Below are positions 61,004 to 64,000 of a stretch of DNA of 64,000 bases, in pieces (position 1 is the first letter of the stretch; the number at the start of each line of letters is the position of its first letter). The stretch comes from Mytilus trossulus (taxonomy: Eukaryota). The stretch covers positions 26,226,001 through 26,290,000 of the forward strand of contig NC_086380.1 of NCBI RefSeq assembly GCF_036588685.1, in the 5' to 3' direction. The notes under the pieces are model-generated. The model saw only the letters and a list, made by a program, of their open reading frames with translations. It did no database searches and had not been told where the DNA came from. The translations under genes were made by a program, and so were the position numbers.

Positions 61004-64000
61004 TACTTATGCTGAGTTGATAATAATATTTAATACAACTTGTGAACTCCATTATGGTTTTTATTATTACTTTCTTCACCAGAGGCCCACAAAAGTAATT
61101 ACGGGTGTATATCCTGTGGGATTTAAAATTTTAAAATTATTAAAAAAAAAATTATCTGGTGACGTTTGAAAAATAAAATCATTTTAAAATGGATGATTCT
61201 TTGCAGTCAGATTTAATTCAATTCATCCAACAGATATATTATTAATTGCTAGTGATGATACAGTGGTAAATGATACACATGGAATGAGAACAGGCTCGCA
61301 GAGTTCTTATGAGTCTACTCAAACAGACAATCAATCTAATAGTTTACCAGCTATATCACCTGCAGTAGGAGACATATTTGAATCACTCACAAATCAAATA
61401 AGATATACATTTAATATGGTGACACAACAAAATGCAGAAAAACTTTCTATGATGGAAGACAAATTTCAAAATCAAATCATGCGGGAGAAAAATCATTTGG
61501 AAGAACAAATATTTATTTTAAGAAAGAATTTGATAGATAAAGGTCTAAATCTGATCAAATACAATCTGAAAGATCAGAAAGTATTGCTATAGAAGCTCAA
61601 ATTATAAAAACGCATGCAGTACAAGAACAAAAACCGCTCCAGAATACAATATGTTCACTTCAATTTCTAAAACATGCAGTTATCAAAATTACAATACTAG
61701 TAAAATACAAGGGGTATGCAATCTCATCCTAGTTTATATCTTGCTGATGTTACACAAAAACACAAAGGTAATATGAAGCCGCAACCGTATGATGGTACTG
61801 ATGATATTGAAGAATATCTCAGTCAGTTTAAAATTTTAGCTGAAGTTAATTGTTGGGATTATAATAAAATGTCACTCTGTCTGGCTAGCAGTTTGAAAGG
61901 TGATGCTAGAGCCATTTTTAATGAATTGGATGAGTTTAAAACATGTAAAAGGCGATATTTTGATAGTCTTGTTGATGCCCTTCATAATAGATTGGGTCAG
62001 TTCATAGGTCCGAGATATTCAGAGCTCAGTTACAGACCAGAATAAGAAAAGATAAGGAATCTCTATCTGCCCTCAGCCAAGATATTAAAAAAATTACTCG
62101 CTGTGCTTATCCTGGTGCCCCTTCCTCTGTAACAGATATATTGGCTTTGGACCAATTTATAGATGCATTACATGACCCTGAAATGCGTCTCAGAATAAGA
62201 GAAGCAAGGCCAAAAAATATAAATGAGGTTGAAGTTTTAGCTGTTAGGTTTGAAACCTTAACACAAGCTGATAACCGTAAACATTTGATTGGTTCAAATG
62301 AAACAAAAGCAGTGTTCCCAGTTGGTGCAGATACTCCAAACCAAGCTGATGAATTACCTCAATTAGATAATAAAGAGGGTAATGAGTTGAAAGAATTGTT
62401 AGGTGATATGACAAAGAAAATATATAATGTGTCACAAGAAATAAAGAGTATAAAGGGGATTAACAATAATTTCGGAAACCAGGGGAGACACCAGCAGCAA
62501 AACCAAAATTCTTATAACAACAATCAAAATAAGGGGAATAATTGGTACAACAACAGAAATAATCAAAATTTTAAGAGAAAAGATTCGCACAGGGACAATA
62601 ATTACCAAAATTCCAATGAGGGTCAGGGAAATTACCAGCAGTCGAACTCATGGGGCAGAGGTCAACAACAACAGAATGGCCCTCCACAGTCAGGATAAAT
62701 AATTCAAAGACATCTGAGGAAGGAATTTTTTTAGATATGACTATATGCTGTAAACTCATTACTATGTTGGTTGACACGGGAGCCAGTATTACCATTTTAA
62801 GTAAAAAAAATCTAAAAACAATAAATCCATCCTCAATGCCAGAAATTACACCGGTAAAAATGAATATGATGACTGCAACGGTAGAAATCTCACCATTCAT
62901 TGGTGAATTTGAAGCATATCTTATTGGGGGAAAATTTGATTAAACATAAAGTTTTGGTTGCAGATATGATTTTCTTACAAATAATGAGATGATAATGTGA
63001 TGTTCTATGAAGTGAAAGCTGTATACCATGTATAAGATATAGAGGTCAGGAATCGCCATGTTTTAAATACACACATGCTGGACAAGTTTCCTGTTGCAGA
63101 ATTTCAATATATGAAACAATTGTCCTACCCCCATCTAGTGAAACTATTGTTTTTGGTATAGCTGTAGACCCAATAGTAAGGGGAAAACAGGGTTAGTGGA
63201 ACCTGTTAAAAATTTTGTAGAAAAATATGGACTATTAATAGCAAAAGCTGTTGTGCGTAGTACGGAAGCCCTGGAGTGCCATGCAAAAAAAAAATTTCAA
63301 CTTGTGCGCACAAGTTCCCAACACACAAAGTTAGGCCGAGTTACAATTTGGGCAGTAATTTTTTTGGACAATTATGCCCCTTTATAACTTGGAAAATTGA
63401 AAATTCTAAGCGGGAGCATTCGTGTTTTCAGACTTTTTTTATACAGGTTTTATGTTTTATTAGTAAAAACATTAGTAAGAGACGAATGCACTTTGTCGAG
63501 TGGGAATAATCTATAAACAGTGAATGTAAAATTTCATAGAGTGAGACCAAGGTATTACTGTCCAGCGATGGCGAAAACTATTTCTATAGAGCTTTATATT
63601 CGGTATTAAGATAGGATACCTGGATGCTTCATACTTTGTTTGTAATAGCCTTATGTTTCGAAGTTTCCGACTGTCATATGTTCTTTGGACTTGACCTATT
63701 ATAAATGGTACAGCAACTGGTTGAACACATTTTTTTTTTCTCATGTGAATTTCTCCCTTTTTTATGAGTGACCAATGTTAAAATTAAGTTATTATGTACG
63801 ATTTTCAGATGTAATAACGCAGTAGGTCAACTATATGTGGCACATTTTCATGATTCATAATTCTTTGGTCAATGTTAATTTTTTTCTAAAAGAGTGTATT
63901 AGAATGGCCCACTGAATTTCTTGATGTCTTTAAAAAGATGCCTATTATCAAAATGTGAATCATAATCAAAATGTAGATATGTCAAACGTATTTAAAGGGG

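Larger units (their letters stand above)
59091..63255 (+). mobile_element. Decayed Ty3/Gypsy LTR retrotransposon (probable interrupted 5' LTR, gag, protease), truncated before RT
   Basis: TGTTACG start and TATA-like gtataaatag; gag KPQPYDG..EEYLSQF..LASSLKGDA, ALDQFIDAL..LRIREARP; protease LVDTGAS; many frameshifts. Confidence 0.8.

Overview
AT-rich, intron-containing eukaryotic DNA. The repeat families and gene types suggest a bivalve mollusc, probably Mytilus (inference). Three minus-strand host genes can be rebuilt from GT-AG splice sites, mostly from exons missing in the ORF track. (1) A ~28 kb gene (33141->5142) encoding an unusual receptor-type Roco protein: signal peptide, 16-Cys TNFR-like ectodomain, TM helix split over two micro-exons, cytoplasmic Ig domain, Roc GTPase with a ~190-aa insert, and COR, with no kinase. 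One splice junction in the stalk is unresolved. (2) A complete 6-exon, 462-aa single-pass MEGF10/CED-1-like receptor with a Tyr-motif-rich tail (55919->47563). (3) The last two exons of a chymotrypsin-type serine protease with a premature stop (58712->57748). The rest is nested mobile DNA: Tx1/L1 and RTE LINE fragments, a Naiad-type Penelope-like element and many PLE-derived tails, a short repeat carrying type I hammerhead ribozymes, a Polinton packaging-ATPase fossil, a decayed piggyBac, several MITEs (CACTA, TA-TSD, Kolobok-like, 8-bp TSD), HINEs, a V-type SINE, long palindromes and a decayed Gypsy element.
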